DNA from: Chrysomallon squamiferum
Lineage: Eukaryota > Animalia > Mollusca
Assembly (NCBI GenBank): GCA_012295275.1
Contig: CM022670.1
Coordinates: 14,880,001-14,944,000, forward strand
DNA length: 64,000 nucleotides
Direction: 5' to 3'
The position numbers and the translations under genes are program-made. Of this stretch, positions 27,596-40,272 are shown one piece after another. Numbering within the stretch: position 1 is the first letter of the stretch; every line of letters starts with the position of its first letter. A model generated the notes under the pieces. It was not told the origin of the DNA. It ran no database searches and saw nothing but the letters and a program-made list of their open reading frames with translations.

Positions 27596-28006
27596 GAATA
27601 AATAATTATAAATAGATAGCAAGAAATAAAATGAAATGAAAAGAAATGAAATAAAGGTCAAAGAAATGAAATAAAGGTCAAGGAAAACCACGTTACTCAT
27701 TAATGGATAATTTGTTAATTCAAATCTGTAGCTGAAACCAGTAAATAAAAATAAAGTGTTTAATTATAATTTTAATTAGTAATATTTCGAAATTATTATT
27801 AAAATAATCATTTCAGTTTATCTTAATTAATATTTAAGGACAATGAAAAAAAAAAATATATATATATATTGTCATAGCCTATAAATGAGAAATAATAACG
27901 AATAGTGATAATTATAATAAATAAGTAAATAAAGTACGGAAGAACCGGTACACATTTATAAAAGAAGAAGTAATTATACTTTACCACAATCTGGTATTTC
28001 TGCCAT
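26589..28006 (-). pseudogene. CS/p23-like small protein, paralog C (divergent, frameshifted); exons 28006-27985, 27517-27401, 27068-26969, 26672-26589
   Basis: MAEIPDC-DCDERSRNGFVRIRIKIRGLQ..(frameshift)..TSAKNATIDHQFGS-RFYRIDVNCDGTKYTKEKSWDCEFDIDLSECLIE-VEDDFIMVFLKKKNAKENCERYFRELI*. Intron positions match paralogs A and B. Exon 2 is 117 nt where 3n+1 is needed. Confidence 0.7.
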
Positions 28007-28468
28007 AATTTCTGCTTAATCTTGTTGCGATGTTGGATTTGTCTTGTTGGTTTTCACTGCTACCTGGCAACGAAATGTACACAAAAATATTTAAAACTAA
28101 ATTTCTTTTTAAAATAATTATTGAAATATGTTATATTTTGTTTAGAAATTATCTAAACCAGTTGAAAAAATAAAAAATATTTATATATATTTATTAAACA
28201 AATTAATAAATAGACAAAAGAAACAAAGGAATTATGATAATAACTGCATGTTATTTTCGTATATTATGCTTGATTAAAGAAAATCTTTAATTGCAAAAAA
28301 TATCTTAGGTTTTTTTCACAGCAGTTTACTCCTTATTTAAATGTAAACTTTAATTTCAGAAATACGAATAAAAACGTTATGTGACTCCACTTACATTTAT
28401 GATATATTATTCTTTTGGATTCTAAAAATAGAATTCCACATGTATTTTGGTGGAGACATAAGTAAGTC

Positions 28469-28647
28469 ATGGCTGGATTTAGACCTATGAGAGGCCCCAA
28501 GTTAATAACACACGATGTCGAGGCCCTGTTTGGTGCGCTTTAATAGTAAATAAATATTATACCAAAGAAACGAAACTTTAGAGGCCGCTAAAGACTGCGA
28601 GGCCTTACGCTGCAGCAAATTTTAGATTATACGTGAATCCTGCTCCG
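28469..28647. mobile_element. Short degenerate hAT-like MITE (paralogous truncated copy ~35612-35760)
   Basis: Imperfect inverted ends CATGGCTGGATTTA / TGAATCCTGCTCCG, with repeated internal GAGGCC(C) motifs in a GC-rich patch. No clear TSD. Confidence 0.4.
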
Positions 28648-28926
28648 TTATCTGCAGTCTGATTAGAACACAAGTATGTAGTAATTATTATTAATCTCCT
28701 TCTTCTAAAATCAATACAGCGTATTTGCATATTCTGATGTGAGAAAATTGTCTCCGTTGGGTTTGAATGTGGATGTGAAACTTCAGTTAGGTTATCTCCC
28801 TACGCATCGATGGATGCAGCAGTTTATTCAATGGGGCAGGCGAACGTACAAACAGTATAACATGTTATTATGTCATATTTGTTCTTTATATAGTACTATT
28901 CTAAGTTCTGGATTAATTAAAAAGAG

Positions 28927-28974
<48 letters not shown>

Positions 28975-29286
28975 TTTGTTTGTTGTTGTTTTCTGTTAAT
29001 TCTTTCTTTCTTTATTATTATTGTTACTATGATTGTATGAAATGTATTAATTACTGCCCGAGAACGTTCGAATATGTTACTAGGTTACATGAATGTGTAA
29101 GCATGTCAGCTGATTTTTTTTTGTTTGTACTGTCAATATTAAGCGATTTATTTCCTGGTTATTAAAGAAAATATGATGCCTGCATACATATCATTACTTA
29201 CAAGAATATTCATGCCACACACCAGAGCTTACAAATTAGCATACGTATTCAGCTATATTAAATTCATTAACATCAGTATTTATTAA

Positions 29287-29333
<47 letters not shown>

Positions 29334-30513
29334 GTGTTTTTCTTTTTACTTTTTAAAATGTGAAATATATATCAATATTTACATGTACAATTATTAATTT
29401 GTCATAGAAGATGTTAGGAACCTGTATATACATTTAAAAAATCATAAAATCATTCTGAGTTTAGCAGGTTTCTAAACTACTATAGTCTAAACATTGGGTA
29501 TACTGATGAGAACAAAATATGTAAGTTATTTGATAAGCTAACCAGGAGTAACTTTAAATTACAAACAAGTTCTAACTCAGTATTTTAAGCCTCTGGTAAA
29601 TAATTAATTTAGAAAGCTTTTTTTGAATTTAGACACTGGATTCAATATCTTTTATACAAATCAGGAGAAAAAAAAAATAAAAGAAGTATTTTACATGCAT
29701 TATTTTATTATTTTCTTTTAGGATTATGTCACTGAATGATTAATTTGTTTTTATTATCATTAATATGTGTCTCAGTATTGTGAATTATACAAAATACTTA
29801 GTGTTTCTGCAAGTACCATAGCATATAATTTAGCAGCATTTTTAAATTTCAGTTTGTAAACATTTACATATTTATACATACATTCATATATACATACATA
29901 CTGTGTGTGTGTGTGTGTGTCATTATATGCACACATACACATGTATACAAACACATGTACAGTGAAATATGAATATATGTCATCATTCTTTTCCATAACT
30001 CACAGAACTCTAATACCACTGTGATATTTAATGAAAACATTATTGTTTCAAATGGTATTTCCAAGAGGACACCATGCATATTTGCATGAGTTTGTGTGAA
30101 ATACACAAAACTAACATTATACATACATAGCCCATAGCATATCAACTACATATAATTACATGAATACCTATGTTTAACAAAAACAATAAAGAGAATAAAG
30201 AAATAAAGAACTTGAAAAATGTTACGAAAAGATTTATCATTATTTATTGACAGTAAAAATGTTCACAGTGATAATACATTTAATAGATAATGTTATTTAT
30301 CATTGACAGATTTATATCATTCATTCAAATCATCTTTATTTAATTGGTAAAGAGTAAAACAATTAAACTCTAGTGTGAATTAAAATAAGTGAATCTACTT
30401 TTAATAATCTTGAATACAGTCATTCATTATCTGCTTATATCACTATTTATTAGTTCTGGTTATGGGGTAAAATTCATTGTATTCGCTGTTTCTGGTCATT
30501 GATGACACAGTTA

Positions 30514-33395
30514 CTAAGCAGCATCTAGGTTTGCATTTCGAATAAACGTCATCCAGGACTGATTTTTGTCCTTTTTCTTCAGATATACATGCACCCAGTC
30601 TTTGTTTACCTATAACAGTAAAATAAACTTTCATTAAAAAAAAATAACAACACACACACACATACATATATATACACACACACACACATATATATATATG
30701 TAATTATTATTATTATTATTATTATTATTTGTATAGAGATGTCCTAGAAACCAAAGAAAATCTGCTTTTTACTATTCAGTTTTTTGACTATTATTAATTA
30801 TTATCTGACATTTAGGTATTAAATCAATAATCGAAGTATACACTTTGTATCCATATATTAATTATATGAATTGGAAGCTATGTATATGTATATATATACT
30901 CAGTGAATAATTATTTCACCTATAAACATATAATTTAAAACATTCTCAACACAAAATGTACAGTGTAAACTGTATTATTATTGTTTTTCAAACAAAAATT
31001 ACCTGTGTATCAAAATCTATTAAAATGAATATAAAAAATTTAAGTCACAATTAGTTTCTTTGTTTTAAGAAATCTCTGATGTAGTAAGCATGTTAAATTA
31101 GAACAGTGGGCTGCCAGTCTTCTTTGAATATCAACTCTTTTATAGAATTATTAATCCTCACTGTATTTTACATACATTTTATTAATTTTTTTTTTTAAAT
31201 ATACCAAAGTATGGTGACAGACAAAACCCTGAGATAATTATAAGCAAACTGTTCCTTAAACAGACTTAATTTACCTTTCCTTGAAATTATTTTAATATTA
31301 TTAATGAACAGATATGCTTGACAATGTTCAGTGTTATTAATATTTGATATCAAACTTGTGAGTTTTAGCACTAGTCTTCATATTCTTGCAGGCTTATTTT
31401 ATTTCTTTACTTTGTTAACGGAAACATTAGCATGGGTTAATGCCAACTTGAATGGTCTATGAACCTGGATAAGCAAACAACAATAATATTTATTAATATT
31501 AACCCAAAATGAACTGGGATATTCTCAGTTTGAATATTCTGCACATTTCTAGAATAATGGAGAAATTTGGTTTCTGCATTACTTTTCATTTTGTATATTA
31601 TAATCAAAAACAATGTTTCATATATTACAATGTATATAATCTGGAGACAAAAAAAAAAAAAAATGAATGTTTAATATTGAAAAAGAAAAGTTTTTAAATA
31701 TGTGTTTTTGCAGGCTTCAAAAATGTGTTACATATTTTCATTCAATTTAAATTCTAATACTAAAACTGACCAGGTACATAGTTGTATGTATCTTTAGAGA
31801 GAACTGAAATAAAATCAAAGAAAGATTGTATATTCACTAGTATATGCATCTATGGTGCATCAAAGAATGGGTTGTGTGTTTTTCAAATTTCACTGAGGGC
31901 AATGTATCTAAAATATCTCTATTTCTTTGAAAGCTGATATACAGTATTTTTTACATAAAGTAAGCCAAAACATACCTCAAGGGTGCAACCTGCTGGGATA
32001 ATTTCATAGGGAAGCTGTCTGACTATGAAAGCATAGTTCTGTCCCCTCAGGTCAGATTGTCCAATAATCTTCAGGTTATAGTGCCTGTCACACATTTAGG
32101 AAATAAAAATTAAAAAAATAAATAATAAAAAACAAAATAAAATTAAAATAAATTAAAATAGGTAATTGAATTAAATGATTTGGAAGTGCCATTTGTGTAT
32201 CATTAATTTGCTGTAATAGACTAACATATATTGAGAGTTTGTGCCAGAATGTGAAAAATACATTAAATATTATATATTTAATTATACTGTTTAGTTATTA
32301 TTTGTGATTTACTGAAATTCACTTTATGAGCTGATGTAATAGAAAAAGGAATATGGAAAACAAATTTTTACCTGGTACCAATATCTTTATTGATCTCGGC
32401 ATTTTGAGCCTCTGTACCTGTTTGCGTCCATTTTTCCCAACATGAAGATGATTGGGGCTTTATTCCAGGAATTTTCATCCGGATATGAACATTGCCAAAT
32501 GAACTTTCATCGTAATCTGAAAATTAAGAACTTCAGTAACAGACATTTGTTTTCTGTTTACATACAACAAACAATAAACCACTCGTCTTTCCTCACATAA
32601 TATTCAGCCTGTTGGTCAAGAATCAAATATAAACTATTAAATTATTTTACATGAGTTGAAAGTTTTGTCATAAGTTTGAATATGTAAAGGTTTTTTTTTT
32701 TACAGGAATATCAATGTCTATCTTTATTAAATATAAATGTGTTTTATAAATTTTTCTTGTGTTTCAGTTTAATATTCTTTAATTATTAATATGCTTTGAA
32801 TTTACAATAGTGAACTAATTACATCACTCTCTTCAGTTTTAGGTAAAGTTTTGTCAGCTGTTTCTGAACAAGCAAGTAGTACAGATTAATATGGTGTTAC
32901 AGGCAGTAAACAATTCTGTACATTAATGTTCTTTTGTTCTTTTAATTCTGTTTGAGATAAATAAACTTTCATTAAAAAAGATAGTAATAACAACTTTCAC
33001 ACACACAGAGATGCAACATGACTGATGCATGTTTTGTTAAAACGGTCAATTACGTTTCAAAACGTTTAACAGACTATCTGTGGTATTATTAGAAACAACG
33101 TACAGTTAAGACTGCTTACACAAATATGTTTGTATATATATATGTTGTACAAATCAGTCCATTCATTAATTTTCACAACATGCGGATACGTTGGCACATC
33201 GAAAACGGCATTTATCCAGGTGTTTCGAACATAATATGAAAATTGTTCGGCAAAACCACATTGAACTTTTATGCTTTAGTTTATAGGTAAACATTTAGAC
33301 TGATGTAAAAATACTCATGTCACACACTGATTTAGATTTATTTGTTTATTTATTTACCACAGTCTGGTTATTCGAACACGATCAGATCATCTGTT
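30514..33395 (-). pseudogene. CS/p23-like small protein, paralog A (exons 2-4 open, exon 1 damaged); exons ~33395-33358, 32516-32372, 32084-31976, 30609-30514
   Basis: Exons 2-4 read YDESSFGNVHIRMKIPGIKPQSSSCWEKWTQTGTEAQNAEINKDIGT-RHYNLKIIGQSDLRGQNYAFIVRQLPYEIIPAGCTLE-VNKDWVHVYLKKKDKNQSWMTFIRNANLDAA* with canonical splice sites. Exon 1 lacks the ATG and has an in-frame TAA at 33370-33368. It could still be coding from another start. Confidence 0.7.
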
Positions 33396-34809
33396 CGGTT
33401 ACTTCCGCATCAAACTATTTCAATGTTTGCCGAGTATCAGTGTTCAAGTATTTACCAAAGATCTCAAAACAATTTTTATTTTTATTTTTATTTTTTTCAG
33501 AATTAGTAACATCTTTTAACTCATTATCATTATGGTCAATTTTCTTGACTAATCAAAACGAAAAGTAAGAAACAAATTAACAATGAAACGAAAATAAATA
33601 ATATTACTTAATTAATTAATTAATTAATTATTTTTTTTTTTTTTCAGTGAAAACAGCGTAAAATTGAAGCGGTGTTCATTTCAATAAGTTGCTTTTCAAA
33701 ACACTGAAGTGTGTCACGATAAAACAATTACAGTGAAATGAACCAAAAATGCAAACGAAACCCATCGAGGGGGAAAAAATAAAATTATCCGAGGGGGGGG
33801 TTGAAGAAAAAGAAAGAAAATAACAACAAACAAAAAATATACACAAAAAACAAAAACAAAAAAACCAATATAGTATCCGCTGGCGTTGTTTCTTTTAAAA
33901 ATAACGTTCAGTTTTCATTTACATAAATACCAACAGCAAAAAGGGGGGAGAAAGAAAGAAAGAAAAATGATTGATTTCACAGTAAACGTAAACGCTTTTT
34001 ATATTTGCGCTGGCAGCAGAACAATAAATCGCAGCAAAACGTAGACTGTAATATTACATTGTTTTCATTTCTTTTCAAACAACGTATAACATTATTATTA
34101 CTATTTTTAAATTCTACAATTTCTTAATCCTTTGAACATCATTACTGAAACAATGACAATAACAATGACTTTATTCTCATAAACTGTAGGATTATAGTAC
34201 AGAGACGAATGTATTACAGATATATAATAACAAAATTAAAATGCACATGCGTGGAAGTTTAACGTGGAGGACATACTCTCTCACGTATAGATCTTATTAA
34301 CAAACACTTATTAATTGTTAAACAAATTATTATATGAAATTGTATTTAGATGTCTCATGTATTTATTTAGTTCACCTTTTCTAGCATTTAATAACACAGG
34401 ATTATTACATTCAAATACATAGTGATATATTCATCTCCAATTTTGTTAAGATTACAAATATGACATTTTCTATTTTCTTTTAGAATATTAGACCATCAAC
34501 CAGTTTCAATAGGAAGTTTAGCATTAAAGATTCCAAATTTACATGAGACATTAACATTCTTTTGAGATAGCAATTTAAGATAGTTTTCTAATTTCAATTC
34601 ATTTTTACAATTTTTACAATTAATATCCTTTGAAGACGTTTCAGTTTGATTTTTCCATGTTTGTTGATATTTGGTTCATGTGTAATTTATCAAAAAAACA
34701 TTATTGTTACAGAGAGAAAAATATGATTATTTAAAATCAGAACACACGTTTATAATCTATAGTCATATCCGCCGAGCCTGAAGATATGACACAAACAAAT
34801 CAGTCTTCC

Positions 34810-34869
<60 letters not shown>

Positions 34870-35135
34870 TGAAAAATAAATAAGTAAATATAATTTTAAT
34901 TAGTAATATTTCGAAATTAATTACTTAATGTCAGTCATACTGTTGTTAAAATAATCATTTCAGTTTATCTTACTTAATATTTAATTACAATGAATATATA
35001 TATAATATATATAGTTACAGTTATAGCATTTAATAGAGAAATAATTACGAAATAATGATAATTATAATAAATAATTAAATAAAGTACGGAAGAACTGGTA
35101 CATTTTTGTAAAAGAAGTAAGTTAGTATAATTTAC

Positions 35136-35215
35136 CACAATCTGGTGTTTGTGCTATAGTTTCTGCTTAATCTTGTTGCGATGTTGGATTTGTCTTGTTG
35201 GTTTTCACTGCTACT
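35136..35215 (-). pseudogene. Orphan duplicated first coding exon of paralog C
   Basis: Copy of 27985-28063 with ATG changed to ATA and the acceptor CCAG changed to CAAG. Its own downstream exons are absent beyond the (TAA)n junction at ~34810-34866. Confidence 0.75.
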
Positions 35216-36053
35216 TGGCAACGAAATGTACACAAATATTTTTTAAACTAAATTTCGTTTTTAAAATAATTACTGAAATATGTTATATTTTGGTAAGAAA
35301 TTATTTAAACCAGTTGAAAAAAAAAAAAAAAAAAAAAAAATACAAAAAATTGTTAAACAAATTAATAAACAGACAAAAGGACCAAAATAATTATGATATT
35401 TTCGTATATTATTCTTGATTAAAGAAAATCTTTAATTGCAAAAAATATCTTAGGTATTTGCACAGCATTTTACTCCTTATTTAAATGTAAACATTAATTT
35501 CAGAAATACGAATAAAAACGTTATGTAACTCTACTTTCATTTATGATATAGTATTTTTTTCGATTCTAAAAATAGAATTCCATATCTATTTTGGTATAGA
35601 TATATGTAAGTCATAACCAGCTTTAGACCTATGAGAGGCCCCAAGTTAATAACACACGATGTCGAGGCCCTGTTTGGTGTGCTTTAATAGTAAATAAATT
35701 TTATACCAAAGAAACGAAACTTTAGAGGCCGCTAAAGACTGCGAGGCCTTACGTTGCAGCTATCAGCAGTCTAATTAGAAAACAAATATGTAGTAATTAT
35801 TATTAATCTTCTTCTTCTAAAATCAGTACAGCATATTTGCATATTCTGATGTGAGAAAAGTCTCCGTTGGGTTTGAATGTGGATGTGAAACTTCAGTTAG
35901 GTTATCTGCTGCGCATCAGTGGATGCAGCAGTTTATTCAATGGGACAGGCGAATCGTAGAACATGTTATTATGTCATATTTTTTCTTTGTTTAATACAGT
36001 TTTAATAAAAGTTTTGGATTAATTAAAAATAGATAATAATAATAATAATAATA

Positions 36054-36103
<50 letters not shown>

Positions 36104-36864
36104 TTTTGTCAGGGGTTTGTTTGTTGTTGTTTTCTATTAATTATTTCTTTATTTGTTGTTATTATTGTATGAAAATTATTAATACTGCCCGAGAACATTC
36201 GAATATGTAACTAGGTTACACGAATGTGTGAGTATGTCAGGTGATTTATTTATTTTAAACTGTTTTTGTATAGGCATTATCCAAATGAAAGAATTTACAA
36301 TTTCTTATATTTTTTTTTTTTTTCCAGCTAATTAAACGTTAATAGTCTTTGCTTTTAATAATTATAGATATCTTAGAACCCGTCCCTGTATTGTAAGTTA
36401 ATAATCATATCTTCTTTTGATGGCAATAATTGTTTCGTTCCCACGAAATATTCGTCTCCTTGTCAGTTTGTATGGTCTAACTGCTAGCGCACCATCGTAA
36501 GAACTAAGTTATTGCTTAACGTGAAAAATAGCAAAGAAATATGCTTTTATTATTATTGGTGGTAATTTTTTGTAAAAAATATATAAATTTTTTGCATGTG
36601 CAATAAATAATTTAACACAGATGTTAGGAACCTATATATATATACATTTTTAAAATTATACAACCACACTAAATTTAGCAAGTTGCTAAACTATTCACTC
36701 ACTATAGTTTAAACATGAGGTATACTGATGAGAACAAAATATGTAAATTGCTTGATAAGCGGACCAGGAGCAACTTTAAATTACAATCAAGTTCTAACTC
36801 AGTGTTTTAAGCCTCTGGTAAATAATTAATTTAGAAAGCTTTTTTTTTTGTATTTTAATTAATT

Positions 36865-37260
36865 AATGTTCAGTGAAAACAGCGTAAAATTGAAGCGGTG
36901 TTCATTTCAATAATTTCCTTTTCAAAACACTGAAGAAGTATCCCGGTGAAACAATTACAGTGAAATGAACCAAAATGTAATCGAAAACTAGAGAGCGGAA
37001 AAAAACAAACAGCAATAGAAAGCTTATATAGTATACGCTGGCCATGTTTCGTTTAAAAACAAAGTTCAGTTTTCACTTACATAGGAAACCCATAAATACC
37101 AACAGCAAATTACCGAGAGGAAGGGGGGGAGAAAGAACGAAAAGAAGATCGATTTTTCAGTAAACTTAAATGCTTTTTATCCTTGCGCTGGCAGCAAAAC
37201 GCAGACTGTAATATTACATTGTTTTTATTTCTTTTCAAACAACGTATAACATTATTATTT
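36865..37260. repeat. Third copy of a ~400-470-bp block also at ~33640-34100 and ~40485-40930
   Basis: Shared strings AGCGTAAAATTGAAGCGGTG, TTGCGCTGGCAGCA, AGACTGTAATATTAC and TTCTTTTCAAACAA occur in all three copies. Confidence 0.9.
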
Positions 37261-37575
37261 ATAAATAAAGAAATAAATAATAAAAATAAAGAACTTGATA
37301 AATCTAATGAAAAGATTTAATACATGTTATTTATCACTGACAGATTTTTATATCATTCATTCAAATCATCTTTTTTCACTGTTGAGTAAACAGTAAGACC
37401 ATTAAAGTCTAGTATGAATTAAAATCAATGAATCCACTTTTAATGCTCTCGATTAGAGTCATTCATTATCCTTTGGTATTGAGCATGGATTGTTCACAAT
37501 TCCACCTCACTCACTTTAGATCCACTTTCAACAGATCATTCATAGTAGTTCTGGTTATGCAGTGAAATGACACAG

Positions 37576-40250
37576 TTACTCGTCAGTTTCTAGGGTTCCT
37601 CTCTGAATGTACCTCTCCCAAGACTGATCTTTGTCCTTTTTCTTCAGAAATATGTACACCCAGTCTTTCTGTAGCTACAACAGCAAAACAAAACTTTAAT
37701 TAAGAAAACAAAATAATAACCATGCCCACACCCACACCATCACTACTATTACTGTTAAAGTAATAAACTAGAATGCAAAGAATACCTGCTTTTTAATATT
37801 CACTTTTTAAACTATTAACTGTATGATATTCAGGTTTAAATAAATAATTACTGTTTCCAAAATAAATTCAACAATGTATACAGACAGTGTATAATTTATT
37901 CATGACAACACATAATTTAACTTATGAAGATATAGATTAAAACATTCTCAACTGAAAAAGTGCAGTGTTAATTGTATTTGTATTGTCTCACAAGTAAAAA
38001 TTACCCACATATTAAATTTCATTAAAATGAATATAAAAAAGTTAAGTCATAACTAGTTTTAAGAAATCTCTGATGTAGTAAGCATGTTAAATTAGAACAG
38101 TGGGCTGCCAGTCTTCTTTGAATATCAACTCTTTTATAGAATTATTAATCCTCACTGAATTTTACAAAAATTTTAGTTTTAAAAAAAGTACCAAACTATA
38201 TTGATTGTAATAATATCCTCAGATAATTAAAAGAAAACTGTTCCTTAAACAGAATTATTTTACCTTTCGGTGAGATTTTTTTGATTTGATTAATGAAGAG
38301 ATATGCTTTACAATGTTCAGTGTTATTAATATTTGATATCAAACTGGTGAGTTTTAGCACTAGTCTTCATATTCTTGCAGGCTTATTTTATTTCTTTACT
38401 TTGTTAACAGGACACTAGCATGGTTAATGGAAATTGAACAATTTATCAACCTGGATATGCAAATAACAATAATATTAACTCAAAATGAATGAGGCTGTAC
38501 TGAATTTGCATTTTCTAGAAAAATTCTAGAATAATGAAGAAATATATTTTCTGCATTACTTTTCATGTTTATAATTTAAAACAATGTTTATATATTACAG
38601 TGTATATAATCCGGAAACATAAAATCCAAAGAAAAACTGACAAGATTCACAGTTGTATATATCTTTACAGACAAATGAAATAAAATCAAAGAAAGATTGT
38701 ATATTTACTAGTATATGTATCTATGTAGCATCAAATAATGGATTGTGTGTTTTTCAAATTTCACTGAGGACAGTGTATCTAAAATATCTCTATTTCTTCG
38801 AATGTTGATATACAATCTAATATTCTTTATATAAATTATGCCAAAACATACCTCAAAGGTGCACTTGTGTGGGATAATATCAAAGGGAAGCTGTTTGACA
38901 GAGAAAGCATACTTCTGTTTACTCAGGTCAGACTGTCCAATAATCTGCAGGCTATAGGACCTGTCATAGGGAAAAAAAAAAAAATAAAAATAAAAATAAA
39001 TAAAAATAATAATAATAATAATAAAATTAAACTTGGTAAAGGAATAAAATGATTTAGAAATGTTAATTCTAGGTCATTAATTTGCTGTAACATGCTAACA
39101 TATACTGAGAGCTTATACCAGAATGTGAAAAATACATTAAATATTATAAATATAATAATTTTTTTAGTCTTGATTTGTTATTTACTGAAATTCACTTTAT
39201 GAGGAGATGTAATATATAAAAAGGAATATGAAAGACAAATTTTTACCTCATGTCAATTATAGGACCAACAAACTTGGCATTTTTCGCCTTTGGAATGTTT
39301 AACAGCATTTTGTTAAACACTGAAGCTGCATGGGGCTCTATTCCAGGAATCTGCAGACGGATTCTAACATAGCCAGGTCTTGATCTTTCATCGTAATCTG
39401 AAAATTAAGAGCTTAAAATAACAGACATTTGTTTTCTGATTACATACAACAAACAATAAACCACTCGTCTTTCCTCACATAATATTCAGCCTGTTGGTGA
39501 AGAATCAGATATAAACTGTTGTATTATTTTACACGAGTTGACGGTTTTGTCATGTGTTTGAATATGTAATATTTCTTTACAGGAATATCAAGGAAATACT
39601 GCAAAATATATATCACACGTGTATCTTTATTATATATAGATATATAAATGTGTTTTACAAACGTTTCATGTGTTTGTGTTTTATGTTCTTTAATATATTC
39701 CAAATAGTTATACTCGTTTTCTTCGCTCTCTTCACTTTCAGGTACAGCTTTGTCAGCAAGACGTAAAGATGACTATAATTCTTATAGGCAATAAACAGTT
39801 CTGTAAATTAATGGGTTGTTGTTGTTTTAATTCTGCTGGAATCCGCTTGTTACAAGGCATGGATCGTTTAATGCCATATCTGGTGTGTAAACGTTCAGAT
39901 GGTAAACATTATCAATATATATCATTTACATTGAGCTGTTCAGATTAGAATGAATGAGGCACATTTCAAAAACAGTTTAACAGCCTGTGTAATATTATTA
40001 TAAGTGTACAGTAAGCACTCCTCACACAGATGTATGTATATACATCGTATACAATTCAGTCTTTGAAACAAGCCGACACCCTGACGTCATCGTTGACAAA
40101 TATAAAACATCGTCCTGCAACACTACATTAAACTTTTATGATTTTTTATAATTTACACATCAACGATTGTTATCTGATGTAAATATTCAGATTTAGATTT
40201 ATTTACTTACCGCAGTCTGGTTCCTCAAACTCGGTCTTATCATCTGTCAT
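37576..40250 (-). CDS. CS/p23-like (CacyBP/SGT1-type CS domain) small protein, paralog B, intact, 132 aa; exons 40250-40211, 39397-39247, 38960-38852, 37674-37576
   Basis: GCCATG start and exon lengths 40+151+109+99=399 nt with GT/AG ends. Protein: MTDDKTEFEEPDCDYDERSRPGYVRIRLQIPGIEPHAASVFNKMLLNIPKAKNAKFVGPIIDMRSYSLQIIGQSDLSKQKYAFSVKQLPFDIIPHKCTFELQKDWVYIFLKKKDKDQSWERYIQRGTLETDE*. The pattern Y....V.I...G / RS..L......Y...V..L...I.P..C / V.I.L.K.....W resembles the CS beta-sandwich. The gene structure is solid; the domain call is by eye. Confidence 0.8.
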
Positions 40251-40262
40251 GGCCCTGTTGGG

Positions 40263-40272
40263 TTACTTCCGC
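40263..40272 (-). promoter_or_regulatory. ETS-type motif (GCGGAAGT) just upstream of the paralog B start, conserved in paralog A at ~33401-33408
   Basis: ACTTCCGC on the + strand in both units, ~15 nt upstream of the ATG in paralog B. Confidence 0.4.

Noticed and set aside
30443-30685. 80-aa ORF-track entry overlapping paralog A exon 4 (also 38867-39052 antisense to paralog B exon 3)
   Set aside because: Wrong frame or strand; the frame conserved across the three paralogs is different.
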